Positions 11,986 through 24,884 are shown, counted from the first letter of the whole stretch. The stretch is DNA of 63,047 bases, filler included, from Olpidium bornovanus S191 (GCA_017911155.1; 28 parts of 28 records of this genome joined end to end with filler, not necessarily neighbours in it), one strand, 5' to 3'. The notes: generated from the letters alone by a model not told the origin. Made by a program: numbers and translations.

Positions 11986-13428
11986 CTACTCCAGAACAAA
12001 TATCGCCCACTGTTCCGGCAGGACAGTTGTTGGCTTAGTGGTCGGTAAATTCCGAAACTCCTCGTCCTCTTCTGCGTTCTTTGTCAGGTTGGAAAAAAAA
12101 AAGAGGTGCTTGGTCAAACCGAGCCCCGCCGCTCGCTCGCTCGCTCGTTGACGCTTACATTCTTCACTGCGCGCGCAAACTCCTCGGTGAATATCCGACC
12201 TGCCCGTCCGTCGAACTCCCGCAGAACGGCCGCGTAGCGCTTCTGCAGGTCGCGGGCCTCCTCGGTGTAACCGAAATGAACCAACGCCTTGAGACAGTCG
12301 GACACTTCTCCGGCCTGCTTGTTCCCGCGCTCTATCGCCCGGTACAGGGAATCGACCAGGTAGGCCTCCTCGTGCGCGCTTCCCTTCTTGCCTCTCCACT
12401 TTTTCCTCTGCTGTTTCTTCCGGCTTTTGATCGTTTTTCTGAAAAAAAAGAAAACGAACGGGTGCGCCGATTTGGAAACGATGGCCCGAGTCAGAACCGC
12501 AAAAGAAACAAAAAAAAAAAAAAAAAAAACCAAAAAAAGAAAAAGAAAAAGAGGGATGGGGAGGGATGGCTTTTTTACCCAGTTCGGACACTCGAAACGC
12601 TCGCGATCGAAGTCGCCTCGGTCGCCCTGGAGAAGCTTGACGCGGCGGAGGTCGCGTCGTCGCTTATGGTTTCCACGTTATCCGGCACGCTCTCGATGTC
12701 CTGGTGGTCTGGCGGGGTCAACACGCGAGGAAATCTCCGGTCAGCAAAGCGCGTAACACCCCGCGCGGGTTCCTCCCATCTGAATGACGACTGCGAAGCG
12801 GCTTACGTCGGCGGGCTTTCCTTTCCGTCCGAATTTCGTCCAGGCGCGCGGATTGCTTCTCCAGGAGCTCCCTCGCGTCGTCGATGATCTCGCACAAGAG
12901 CTCGTATCCTAAGAATTCGCGTCGCGCGAATGCTTTAGCCCTTCGGGAATTTGCGTCGCGCCCCGGGACGCTGCTGCGTATAGGAGCTGTTGAACCATAC
13001 CGTTGCGCACTGCAGGCTTGATTTGTTGCCCGATGAGCTCCTCCCGGTTGTGGAGCCACGCCTGCAGGGTATTGCGCGTGAAAACTCTTAGACACGTAAT
13101 TGTCGCCTATCTGTCCCTCCACTACTCGGGCAACCAAACTCTACTGACGATCCTAGAAGCTTCCATCCAACAGGAGCCTTGTATTAGCGCTGCCACGGCA
13201 CCGTCGACATCCTGTACAAGGAAAGAAACGGTTAAGCCACCCGGGTCCTACCGCAACCGCAAGCCACAATAACGGTGACACCCTAAGCGCGGTACCTTCA
13301 CGTGGTCCAGGAGAACTCTTGCCGCCTCTTCAAACCTTCCTTTGTCAAATAGCCTGTCCACCACCTTGCGCGCCTGTGCCTCGATCTCCTCCGCAGGCAA
13401 GTTCTCCCTGTGCGCCAAGGAGAACATG
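11986..13428 (-). CDS. ELP1: Elongator complex protein 1, 5'-partial, multi-exon C-terminus
   Basis: Spliced segments FEEAARVLLDH, DVDGAVAALIQGSCWMEASRI, AWLHNREELIGQQIKPAV and KSRKKQQRKKWRGKKGSAHEEAYLVDSLYRAIER match the Elp1/Iki3 basic C-terminal region. Stop at 11986. Confidence 0.8.
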
Positions 13429-13528
13429 NNNNNNNNNNNNNNNNNNNNNNNNNNNNNNNNNNNNNNNNNNNNTTAATTAATTAANNNNNNNNNNNNNNNN
13501 NNNNNNNNNNNNNNNNNNNNNNNNNNNN

Positions 13529-14611
13529 CATGCTAACGCAGGGTCCCTGCCCGCGCCGGCGTCACTCTGCGAGCCCGTACTTTGTGATCGTTGGATGTGG
13601 ATAGCTTCACGGCCAACACAACGGGAGAGGACGTGATGTCCGAGTTCGCGAAGAGAAGGCCCTCCACGTCTTGGAGATTCCCAGGTGAAGCCTGGAACCC
13701 CGGACGCAGTAAAAAATAAAAAAATAAATAAATAAAAAACAGTATTATATCGCGATTTTTTCCGTTCTCTGAAGCATTACGATACGTGTCCGGTACCTGC
13801 TGAATGATTCGCCATTTCTGCTTTGACTCCAAGCCCCATATCTCCACTCTCAACTGCTGGACCAGCAGCGCTTCCCGGAGGAACGTTTCCGCGGTTAGCC
13901 TGGTGAGGGTACAACTGGGAATCCCGCTATTGGAGTCGCCTGCAAAATGTAGCCCACGCGCCGCCCACGCAACAGATATGAGTGGTCGTCTCCCAAGTCC
14001 GGCAATTTTCCGAACGCAACGATTTCATGCGTCGGGGCCCGCGGGGGTCCTCACCGCCGAGGTACTTGATAACGGACGACGTCTTGAACACCTTCTGCGC
14101 GACGTAAACCGCGTCGTCGCCGTGCACGCTGAAAAAGTCGCCCTGTCCGCGCTCAAATAACCTGACGACATTCTCCGGTTTCTGACGAAAATGAAAACGG
14201 AACGTTGGGGTGCGGTGCGGTGGGCGACGCCGGCGTCAAAAACGATTCTGTTCTTGTCGGTGAGAGCCGGTCGCTCCGAAAACGCAAAGTTCCCGACTCC
14301 TCTCCCTTTTGTCCGCCCAGCGGTCCCCAAGCCGCGAACCGGCGCGTTCCGCGCACCTCTGGCATCGACCGGAAGAACGCGCAAAACCCGGCCTGATCGC
14401 GGTTGTCTGGGATCAATGTTGCATGGCGGGGGAAACGGAAGATGAGCTCAGCCTGCGTCCCGCCGCACGCGACATCGTGTCCCGTGAGCGCTACGCGTTT
14501 CCTTCGCCCGCTGTAATCCGAGTCTATGTGAAAATCGGGCACACCCTAGTTCGCTCGCGCGTTTGGCACCTTACCAAGGTCTAAGCTCGGTGCCTCCGTA
14601 GAACTCGCCAT
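13529..14611 (-). CDS. MSH2: DNA mismatch repair protein MSH2, 3'-partial
   Basis: ATG at 14611 (MASSTEAPSLDL|GTAAG). Exons: DNRDQAGFCAFFRSMPE, KPENVVRLFERGQGDFFSVHGDDAVYVAQKVFKTSSVIKYLG, ETFLREALLVQQLRVEIW and ASPGNLQDVEGLLF. Confidence 0.93.
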
Positions 14612-15608
14612 TGTTGATTGCGCTACCGTTGAACGCCGCCGAACGTCGATGCCCCGCAGTGGTTCGTGTGTTTCCTGCGACCTATCCAGACGCCAGAGGC
14701 ATGANNNNNNNNNNNNNNNNNNNNNNNNNNNNNNNNNNNNNNNNNNNNTTAATTAATTAANNNNNNNNNNNNNNNNNNNNNNNNNNNNNNNNNNNNNNNN
14801 NNNNCATGGTAAATTATGGAGAGAAGCAAAGGCAATGCTGAAGCTGCTTGGGCAGAATACTGAAAACCCAAGATATAAGCATAAAACGAAGCTTCCCACG
14901 TTGGGCATACAAAGAAACACCTTAAGAGCGCTTCCGGAGGACCTTCGAAAAGTTTGGTGTGAATACCGAAAAAGATCTTCAGTGTCAGATTTGGCCTGGC
15001 CTTTCTCTTATTTTCTTTCGTTTTGGTTTGGTTTTGCCTTGGGAACTCGGGCATCCTGCAGAACCTGGCAGGATCCAGCTCGCTGCCAGACACGCCCATT
15101 GTTTCCCATAGTAACTGGCACTAAGGATAACCGGTCGCACCCGGCCAAATGCCGCCGTCCATCACTTTCTCCCGAACATGCAGACACACACGCATTCACA
15201 CAGAGAAACTCTTTGCCTGTTCGTCAGACTGTTACACCGAATCGAACACCTGCGGGCGGGAAGCCCTCTTTACTGCCCTTGGGGTAACTTCTACCTTGGG
15301 TAACATCCGGCGTTAAGTTATCCAAGGCAAGGACTGTGTATGGCGTCGGCGACCAGTCAAAATTCGGTGAGTGCCGTCGGCCGCGGGGCCGCATCAGGCC
15401 CCAGCGTGGGCCTGGTCCGTGCGTTTGTTTCCCCGCTCCCTCCCCTCCCCTTCCCCCCCGTCCTTTTCCTTCCAGCCTCCCGTCAAAACGACAAAACGTC
15501 CTACCAGATCTCACCGGCCGCCCGCGCGATCGCACCCCCCGGAAACGAGGCCGGGGCGCGCGCCTCTGAGGATTCCCTCTAGCCTTGCCCCGCCCTGTAG
15601 CCGCACCG

Positions 15609-16264
15609 ATGGTCGCCGCCGGGTCTTCGTCTTGCTGGGATGGCCCCGCGGACGCCCTGCGACGCCCGCGCGAGGAGGGCCTGGAAAGCGTGGGCGGCGG
15701 CGCCCTTGCGGAGGGCGGAGGGTCCTCCTCGCGCTCGTTTTCCGCGGACAGCGGCGCCTCGGCGTGCGGTTCCGACGAGGCTTCTGGGGCGGCGGCGGCT
15801 CGCGAAGCGCTTTTGTTGCTGTCCCGCACGCTGCTGGACCTTCAAGACCATGTCTCCTCCGTCGGGCGCGGCAAGGACGCGAGCGGCGCGCTCGCGGCCT
15901 GCGCCGACGCGCTGTCGCAGGAACCGGTCGGCGGCGGCGAGCAGCAAAGCGACTCTGCGCAGCAGTTTGCTTGCTTTGACCTGCGGTTGGCCGTCAAGCT
16001 GCTGGCTGCGCTGGCGAGCCGCAGGTTCGAGGGGCTGCGGTCGGAAATCGCTGAGGTCACAATGCTGCTGATGCGGTTTGGGAACCCCGGAGGCAAGCTG
16101 GACTTCTTCGCACACGCCGAGGCCGCGGACGGGATTGGAGGGTCTGCACCACGGTTTTGCATCCGCTCTGTCGTCGTGATCTGCAACAGTACGCGGGGAG
16201 CTTTCTACGTTGCGCATTATGGGGATTGTGGGGATTACGGGAATTATGGGGATGGGCACCATGG
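15609..16264 (+). CDS. Hypothetical protein, 3'-partial
   Basis: GC-rich ORF from ATG 15609 that runs to the contig end and has a helical, Leu/Ala-rich composition. No family recognised. Confidence 0.35.
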
Positions 16265-16478
16265 NNNNNNNNNNNNNNNNNNNNNNNNNNNNNNNNNNNN
16301 NNNNNNNNTTAATTAATTAANNNNNNNNNNNNNNNNNNNNNNNNNNNNNNNNNNNNNNNNNNNNAAAAAAAAAAAAAAAAAAAAAAACCACCCCCCCCCC
16401 CCCCCCCCCACCCCCCCTTTCTTTTTCCTTTCTTGCCCCTTCGGGGGGCACGGGAAAAAAAAAAAGGGGGGGGGGGGG

Positions 16479-16518
<40 letters not shown>

Positions 16519-17636
16519 AAAAACAAAAAAAAAAAAAAATGCAGAAACGGCGAGAAAGAACCCCGCTGCACGTCACGTGACCCCGCTCACGAAATTTGGG
16601 GGGCCTGTCCCCTCCCCGCTCTCCCCGCCCCCACCCCCTCCCCCTTTTTTCAGCAGAAAAATTGTTGCGAAAAGGGGCTCTCTCTCTCCGTCTTCCTTCT
16701 TCTCACCTTTTCCCTTCCGTTGTTTGCGTTTGACGGCGGGAGGAAGAGCTCCAGGGGGAGCTCCCCTCCCGGTCTTGGCATCTTTGATCACGTGACCGTA
16801 GAGCGTACTCTTTTCGGTTCACAACAAAAATCTTGGCAAAACGGATTTGACTGTGCGGGGGAAGGGGAAAGGGACCCTAAACAGCCCCGTATTCAAATGC
16901 AGGAGTAAGTCGACGAGCGGCTGGCCCGTGCACCTTAACGGGGCGTGCTTCCCCAATTCGGGCGTTTGAAATTCTCTTCTTGTCTTTTCCGTATTGCAGC
17001 ACCCTCACCCCCTTAACGGGCTCAAGAAGTGAATCAACTCCTATGCCAGTCGACCGTGCGGCAAATCAGCCCGTTGCACAACGCGCACGTTGCAGCGTCC
17101 CCGCCGCACATAGAACCTGACCCGAGGCGGAAATTTCCCCGATTCCCAACCAGCGAGAACACGGCCAAGGACTGCATAAACGCAGCGCCGCTTGCTTCCC
17201 GAACCGAAAGCTCTCCAACCCCACGCCATTGCGTGTGTGTGGACATCGACCATCAGGGACGCCGTACGTGAAATGCGTTTGCCATTGTAGGGCAAAGGTC
17301 ACCAGCCTATTTTCTCGTGAAATTGCCTAGAATAGTGGACAAATTGAACGAGTTCAACCCCGCCCGGGGTGCTCGGATAAAACTGCGACGCGTTCCGCAA
17401 GAGTTCTCCGCCGACCGACAAGGGCTGGTTTCCAGCTCATCCGGGACTGACTGTGCGTTGAGCGCAGTCGCAAATCCAACCCTGCAAAGGTCGCGTCTGG
17501 CTAGTAGACGGTGGTAGCGGCATCGCCCAACCTCTCCCCCCCCCCCTTTCCCTCCCCGCGGCGTATTTGGCCTATTGCGTTAACGTCCGGGACACCAGGC
17601 TCGGATGCGGAGAAAAACCTAGCCATTACTGCCTCG

Positions 17637-18701
17637 TCACGTCGCGGTCATTTTCCGTACAACGTATTCCTTCTTGTCGCCAGGGTAGTCCTCTGTGAGC
17701 TCTCCCGGCTGGAGAACATCGTATCCCGCACGCTTAAAAAATACGAGCACGCTCTCGTGCAGCCCCGGCTCCTCCCCTTGGTCCGGGCCGGGCACGCGGG
17801 CGTAGATCTCGAGCACGTCCCTGCAGTTTCGGACGGCGTGCTCGGCGTGGCGGAGCAGAGCCGAGCCAAGGCCCAGCCGCCGATAAGGGCGCAGCACACC
17901 CAGGGCCACGATCCGCAGACGGCAGGGACCAACCGCCTTTGGCTTCGCGGACGACGACTCGTCCTTCGTCGGGCCAGGCGGGGGCAGGAGGGGCGTGCCC
18001 TCGGCCGTTTGCTTCTCTTTCCGTGTGCAGATTGCCGAGACGTTTATGCCGTTGAAAAGGGCTGGAAGAGAGGGGGTAAACGTCACCGGTGTCTTTCTGC
18101 CGGAAACACTATTCCGGCAGACAAAATGGAGCCCGTGGCGCGGGCAGTGGACGGAGGGGGGGGGGGATGGAAGGTGCCGGAATATTAGCCGTCATTCCGA
18201 CTCACCAAACTGCGCCAAGTCGCCGCTCCTGACCGCCGCCTCCGCGAACTTGTCATCGTACTCCGCCCGTCCAGGCAGAGTTCTGCTCAGAATGAGGTTG
18301 AGCACCTGCGAGTTGTGGTGCTCGACGGACCAGTAACTGATTTCCTAACGGGGAGGAGGGGCCCGAGGCGGGAAAATCCAGGTGAGCGAACGGCCGACTA
18401 GAGGCAAAAAAAAAAGGCGAGGGCGGGTCAAACCGTGGCTTCGTGACGGTTTACTCCGTCTGCCGTGCCCGGCAGAGGCAAGCGAGGGGTACAGCGGGAG
18501 GGAGCGCAGCGTGAAGGTTTCGGCGGAGCAGGTGCGCGAGGGACGGTGAACGGGGAGGGTAGAAGAGTTTCGGCTGTTACTAATATTACTCACCCCTTCC
18601 GAGACCTTGGAGGACGTGGTCCGCGGCAGGGCGAGGTTCAGGTCCAGTAGGGCGGCGGCCATCGCGGCGAACGACCCCTGGGCGAGCGCGGAAGCGGCCA
18701 T
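17637..18701 (-). CDS. GNAT N-acetyltransferase, NAA50/Nat5-like, three exons
   Basis: ATG at 18701 and two GTGAGT donors. ISYWSVEHHNSQVLNL...EYDDKF...GDLAQF and RLRIVALGVLRPYRRLGLGSALL align with NAA50 (PHN...YNDKF, TLGCLAPYRRLGIG). Confidence 0.75.
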
Positions 18702-18940
18702 GACGACTGGTGCGCGGTGGGGCGGAGGCCGCGGGAGCGAGGGGGTTACGGGGGCCGGCTTGTTTTTGGACGCGCGCGGGGGCAAACTGTTGTACGCATA
18801 AGGTTCCTACCCGTAAACCCGAACCCGGTTCGGGTAAGGGNNNNNNNNNNNNNNNNNNNNNNNNNNNNNNNNNNNNNNNNNNNNTTAATTAATTAANNNN
18901 NNNNNNNNNNNNNNNNNNNNNNNNNNNNNNNNNNNNNNNN

Positions 18941-19854
18941 AAGCTCGGCAGGAAGGCACGTTTCAAGGTCGGCCGGCCTGCCCGGCACGCAGCGACGCTC
19001 GCGTGATGTAGCAGCTTTTCCCGGGGCGGTCGCAAATCCCCCGACCTTGTGAGCCTCATGGGCGGACCTGTCGGTCTCCGTAACTGGTTCGAGATTCTCC
19101 GACTGAGAATTCTCGAATTCTGCTGCCCCTTCGTCTGCAATTTGATTTGTTTGCCTCTCTCCACTGGGGGCCGCCAGTGAAGGTGGGTTCGCAGTAGAAT
19201 TCGCAGGCTGGACGATCTCGTCGGCTGCAGGTCCGGTATTGAGGGGAAACTGCCGGGTATCGACGGAATTCGCCGATGATTCGTACGGCGACTCGGACGG
19301 CGAGAAACCAGGAATCACGCCAGCAAGATCCCTCCGCAGGCGGTTGACGTCTACTTTCACCAGCTTGTTAACCTTTTTAGCACCAGTCGGGGCCGAGTAC
19401 AAAAGGTTTTTTGGAATCCTGCGGGAATGATTAGCCCGTTGCCAGTGGGCTAGATCGTAATGCTCCTTCGCAGGCTGGTCCGCACAGTGCAGGTAGTATA
19501 GTATTAGTGACGACGATCTGTCACAGGATGGATTTCGCATAAAACCGCTTCAAGCAGGAATGCAAAGCAGGCCTTGGAAACTACATCACTAACCTTCCTA
19601 TTGGGCCAACGCAAGCCGAATATGTCGCGATGTCGCGTACATCGCGCGCAATGCCACATCGCTTTCGCATCGACTTGTTTCTCGCCCGGAGTCATAGTGG
19701 CGGAGCATATTTGGCATTTCGTCGTTTTTACCTTCGACTTACTCGCACGGCGAGATGACGAATCGACCTGTTCCGCTGCGAAATTCGAAAACAGACCCAA
19801 GATGAAATGCGGTGTTCGCGTAGGATTAGACATTGTCCCTCTCTTATACATCAA
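18941..19854 (-). CDS. Hypothetical protein fragment with a CxxC...CxxC (zinc-ribbon/PHD-like) segment
   Basis: KCQICSATM...WHCARC lies in one frame and YYLHC plus a disordered tail in the adjacent frame. Splicing is unresolved. Confidence 0.25.
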
Positions 19855-20528
19855 CCAAGCAGGTTATTCGCCGGAGGTTTACCTAACATTCGACGCGCCG
19901 TCCGTCTTCGTGTCCGAAAGTACGCGGGAGGATTTTGCCGGGCGAAAGCCCCGCGGCACTCACTGCCAGAAGAATGACCAAGGAGGCTAAAGTCAGTCTG
20001 CAAGACTGGAAGTTCGGTAATAACCGGTCAACAGCTTCTCGGAACCCACGTTTCGCAAGTCGCGCATCTGCACTCAGAATTTGAGTTCCCAAAGTAGTGG
20101 TCGCCGTAGAATGTCGTAATCTCCTCTCCCTTGCGGAATTTCCTGATAACAGCCAGCATCACGGAGGCCTTTCCCGCGGGAACGAACTTGCAGTTCGCGT
20201 TACAGTCATGCTTCGGTAATGCAAAACGGGATCCTGGAGGACGTCAGCTGCAGCCAACAGCAAACACCACGGATGTTCGCAAAAAAATCCTCACGTTAGC
20301 AAATCGAGCCGGCCCGGTCATCACCCNNNNNNNNNNNNNNNNNNNNNNNNNNNNNNNNNNNNNNNNNNNNTTAATTAATTAANNNNNNNNNNNNNNNNNN
20401 NNNNNNNNNNNNNNNNNNNNNNNNNNAGAAACGAGAAACCGCAATTCTTACTGGGGCTGCGCCAGCCTTCCCTCGGTGTCGCTGATGCAGTTATTTACCG
20501 CGACCGTGCGAACGATGCTCAAACCTAG

Positions 20529-21271
20529 GTTTACTATTTCGCCATGATTTCCAATTTCTTTTTGCGGATCAGCTGGGTGTACAACATTGCGCCGAACTCG
20601 TGGAGATCCATCGTTGACAGCCACTTTCTGGTGTACATCATTGCGGTTCTGGAGGTGTTTCGCCGATTTCAGGTACGAGACCGGGTTTCCGGTTTCACAC
20701 CAGAGCTACCTTGCTGCGTTGTGTCGCGTCCTTGCTGAAAGAGTCGGCGGCCCTGTCTTGCGGCTCATCATCCACGCAGTGGAATTTTTTCCGATTGGAA
20801 AATGAGGTGAGAATACTTTTTTTTTCTGTTTTTCTTTGTGCTAGCCCGTCCGCACAGTTCAGATGACCAATTATCCCAATTTCCGCTTGGAAATCTGCAG
20901 CACGTCAACAACTGGTAGGGGTGCAGGAGTTTCTTGGATCCTTCAACGTTTTTCGCGCGTTCCTTTGTTGAAGTGTTATCTCCCTCGCCAGCGGGCAGTT
21001 CCGGGCCACCAAGGAGATCCCGCTGCCGTTCGCCGTGCGGCGGTACGGCCGCTCGGACGACATCGGCGGCCGCTCAGAAAACGACCAGACGGATGATGTG
21101 AAGCCATCGTTGGCCGGGAGGCTAATTTTCGACGGCAACTCGGCCGTCGAGGACGAACAGGACCGCGACCGGCGCTTCCAAAACCGCCGCGACTTTGAGG
21201 CCCGCCGCTCGCGGCCCGAGGACAGGGTCCATTCGGACGACGAGGACGACGGGGATGAGACAGACAGGTAG
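20529..21271 (+). CDS. SYG1: EXS-domain phosphate exporter (SYG1/XPR1 family), 5'-partial
   Basis: Exons 20529-20672, 20780-20806, 20901-20914 and 20992-21271 splice to ...LRISW...LEVFRRFQ|WNFFRLENE|HVNNC|GQFRATKEIPLPF, the hallmark EXS C-terminus. Confidence 0.93.
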
Positions 21272-23042
21272 AGACTCGCGCAGGGCAGACGCTGCTGCAT
21301 CGCTGCCGCTCACCGAGATGACGTTCCCAAGGGCGAGCCTCCACCCACTAACCGGGTTGTTACGGCCGCGCAGCCGATGCGGGGCTGTGCGATTCGGAAT
21401 CCCACGGCCAAGGTGATTTTTTTTTTCCTAATTTTGAGCGGAAGTCAGATGCTCGTTGGTATTGTAGACGGGCGCAACGGAAATTCCTTTATCACGTGCT
21501 CCGGGGCCCGCGACCGGGGCCAAAAAGGTTGGGATCGGACATGCACTTTGCTCCAAGGCCGGGCAGTTGGCGTCAGGAGCTTGTGCCCACGGCATCTGCT
21601 TCATGCTCCGCGAAACCGCGGTCGTGATCTCGCCTGCAAGGGTATGTTTGCCCGCCGGCCCAGGGTTGCCGCGCCGGCGGCCGTAGATCTGCGAGAGGCA
21701 AACGATGCGCCCCGTTGTAAAGTGGGTCCAGTCACGTGCGCTCGGCCGAAAGCCCACTCTGCCGGAACTGAATTCAAACTTCGCCGCTCACGTAGCGAAC
21801 GAGCGCGCAGCGCTCGCTGGATTCCAGCGTGCCAGCACGCGAGATGAATTCTGACACCTCAGCGCCTAATCGACAACATCCGATAGGCGCCTCTCATCGG
21901 CCGCAAGCGCCGAAAAACCACAGCCAGCGGTTGCTTTGGTTTCTCGTACGGTTGCCCAAAGCTCCGGCGCACCAATAATTTCAAAGTGATGCTCAAACAG
22001 CGACACCGTCAACCGCAGACAAGCACACAAAATTTAACACCTGGGAATGATGGTGGATTTGCTTTTCGTCTTTCATTCCCAGTAAATCCGTCTGTTTACC
22101 CGCTCACAGTTATTACAGTTTCTGTCACGGCGACCTTGTGGGGGGAGAACTGGAAAATTTGACGCGACCGAGAATTTCCCGAATACGCCATCGACAAAAC
22201 GCGTACTGGCAGCGTAAACTGACAACTTTGCGTAGAAACAGTTGCACGTGTGTCATTTTTTAATTCGAACACGGCTTCGTTGCTTTCGTGGTTGCCCCAG
22301 ACGGTTGCCCGAGACAGTTGCCTGAGAGAGAGATGCGACACAACTCGGTCGCGTTTCTTTGGTTGCCATGNNNNNNNNNNNNNNNNNNNNNNNNNNNNNN
22401 NNNNNNNNNNNNNNTTAATTAATTAANNNNNNNNNNNNNNNNNNNNNNNNNNNNNNNNNNNNNNNNNNNNCATGGGTGACCGTGAGGGTGGCAATTGCGG
22501 CCGTGAGGCCGTTCAGCTGCTGGAGAACTTTGGTAACTTGTCATTGCGCGCCTGAGGAGCAGCAGCAAAAATGGAATCGCGTTTGTCTTGCTCTGCGGCA
22601 CGCTGGGCAAGTTCACGACAGAGGTGTGCCAATTCATCTGCGTGTTGTGCCTTGACAAGGCTGGCGTGTTTTTTGAAACGTCTGCACCTGCATAGGGAGC
22701 GACGTTGCTGTCGGTGTTAGTCGGTGGTTAAGCGCCGGTTGGAGGAGGGAAAGGCTAAAGGCGCTAAAATGGCAGTTGTGGACTGCTCGGCGGGAGGAAA
22801 GAATGGAAAGATTGAAGGCGCCGTTGGTCTCGGATTATCCTGCCAAAAACTGGGGTTCGAACTTTTCTTTTGTTCGTTGTCCTTGCGCCGGCGCGGGTAG
22901 AATTTGAGTGGGAGATCACGTGACTCTTTATGGCGTAACAGTTTCCGCCACCCGCGCCCGCCCGCTTCCAGGCACCGCCCCTTCCCCGCCGACGCCACGC
23001 TTGGCCACCAGAGAGGAAGAGAGAAAAGACAAGCGGGTTGTC

Positions 23043-24255
23043 ATGGGACAGGTCGAGAAGCGCGGAAAGGAAGCGGGCATCCTCTTCCCGCGCCTACCCT
23101 TTGCGGACGTCGGAGCTGCACGCGGGTCCACATACGGCAACAAGGGCGCGTGGGCCGCAGCAATCGGCGCCGTCGACCGCGCGGAGGCAGAAAAGATTTT
23201 GAAGGAGAAGAACTGGAGGGCCAACTACCGCTGGTGGGTGCGACAAGCCGCGTCCTACTGCGACACCGCTCTGGGGCCCTGCCTGACAAAGTGCCGGCAG
23301 AAGGGCGCCTCAACGCGGGCAGTCCCTACGGTTGTCCCTGCGTGATATTGGAACCCGCGTCCGCACGTTGCCAAAAAATCTGCCGGTGCAGAGCGCGTCG
23401 GCCGTGGCTGTAGCCGGTGCGCCATCCTTCGGCGACTCCTGGTCGGCTACATTCTGACCGCGTTTTTCGGTACCGAAACTTTCAGCCATGTCCTCAAACA
23501 CGTTCAAGAGAGCGCGAAGAGCCGTGCAAAGGTGCGCCGCGCTCTTCGAGCCGCTGTCTGCCGTTACCCGCCATCAAGCCGGCATTCGCTGACCTTACGT
23601 ATCCGCCATAACAGGCGCTAAAAATTGCGGAAGCAGGCCTCGCTTACTGTTACGATAACTTTGAGTTCGCGCGAGACGGCAATATCACGACCCTTGGCCA
23701 GGCCATGGCGTCGTACACAGACAATGTCTTAAAAACGGGATTCATTAAGGGTACGGGCAAGAAACCGACCAAAAACGCTTTTTCCGTAAGTTTCCCGGAG
23801 TCGCCCGGCAAATGAGCACTTTGCTGTCGGTTCCGGAAAGCGTAGTAAATCGCTTTCTCTTCAGGTTCCTTACAAAGGAAACAATCTCGCTGGCGAAGAT
23901 CTCCTTCGCCAGTTGGATGTGTGGGCGGAATACGGAACGATCGAGCCGTCCGCGCGCGATGCGATCGCCGCTGTTGTGAGGCATCCCGATTGGCTTGATC
24001 TCTCCGACATGTATTTCTGCCTGCTGGGTGCGGTAGGTCCATAAGACGTCAACCACCGTCTCCGACAGGAATCAATTACGCGTTCTAATCGACATGGGAC
24101 CTTAGGCGTCTGCAATGGGGCCGTTTATGACGCTCATGGCGCTCGGGGCGAACGTGATTGCTATCGATCTGGACCGGACACGTATCTGGAAACGACTAAT
24201 CGACGTTGCGCGCTGCTCTCCGGGGACCCTAACTTTCCCGATGAAGCGGGAACAG
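23043..24255 (+). CDS. Conserved uncharacterised protein with a Rossmann-like motif, multi-exon, 3'-partial
   Basis: Spliced product: MGQ...GILFP...EKNWRANY|HVLKHVQESAK|ALKIAEAGLAYCYDNFEF...|VPYKGNNLAGEDLLRQLDVWAEYGTIEPS...HPDWLDLSDMYFCLLGA|ASAMGPFMTLMALGANVIAIDLDR. GT-AG introns. An ATCACGTGAC motif lies about 120 bp upstream. Confidence 0.8.
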
Positions 24256-24884
24256 NNNNNNNNNNNNNNNNNNNNNNNNNNNNNNNNNNNNNNNNNNNNT
24301 TAATTAATTAANNNNNNNNNNNNNNNNNNNNNNNNNNNNNNNNNNNNNNNNNNNNAAACATTACGCGCGCACTTCCCGCCTCCCAAAAAAAAAAAAAAAA
24401 AAAAGTTTGGCGCTTTTCTTTCTTTCCCGGAGGGTCGAAAAGTTTGTGCCTCTTCCTACGCGGGACGAGGGACGGGAGAAGAGGGGCGCGGGGGAGGGGG
24501 AAGAGGGGAAGGAGGGAAAGAGAGCGGGAGTGGATCAACGAGCGACGCGTTTTTTTTTTTTTTTTGGCTTTCGTTTTGGGAAACAAGGCCACTCTGCGAT
24601 AAAACAGCCGCGCGCGCACGCAAACACAAAACAAACGCGAATACAGTCGTCCCTCTCATACTTTATATCCCAATTCTTAATAACCTCTGCTATTTTATAC
24701 ATTTCGGCTTCCACCGACAGAGTTCTACGGCTGATACGTTATAATTAATAACTTATAAGAAAATGGGGGCTTATAAGACAGTAGAGGGAGCAGTTTGTAT
24801 GGATGGCGGAGATCAGCTAGCGAAAATTTAGGAGCGGGAAGGATAGAACACTACTTTTGGATCCAGGAAGCAAGAGTGCGTTGA

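Noticed and set aside
16313-16795. Poly-Phe/Lys/Gly/Pro ORFs (also 1049-1662, 29416-29741, 45047-45613, 59078-59367)
   Set aside because: They are translations of homopolymer tracts and N spacers.
18812-18836. ACCCGAAC-CCG-GTTCGGGT hairpin as a terminator or transposon end
   Set aside because: It is a single short stem at a contig edge with no supporting context.
22471-22720. Possible Gag-like N-terminal remnant on the minus strand (VLQQLNGLTAAIATLT)
   Set aside because: It is frameshifted, short and has no diagnostic motif.
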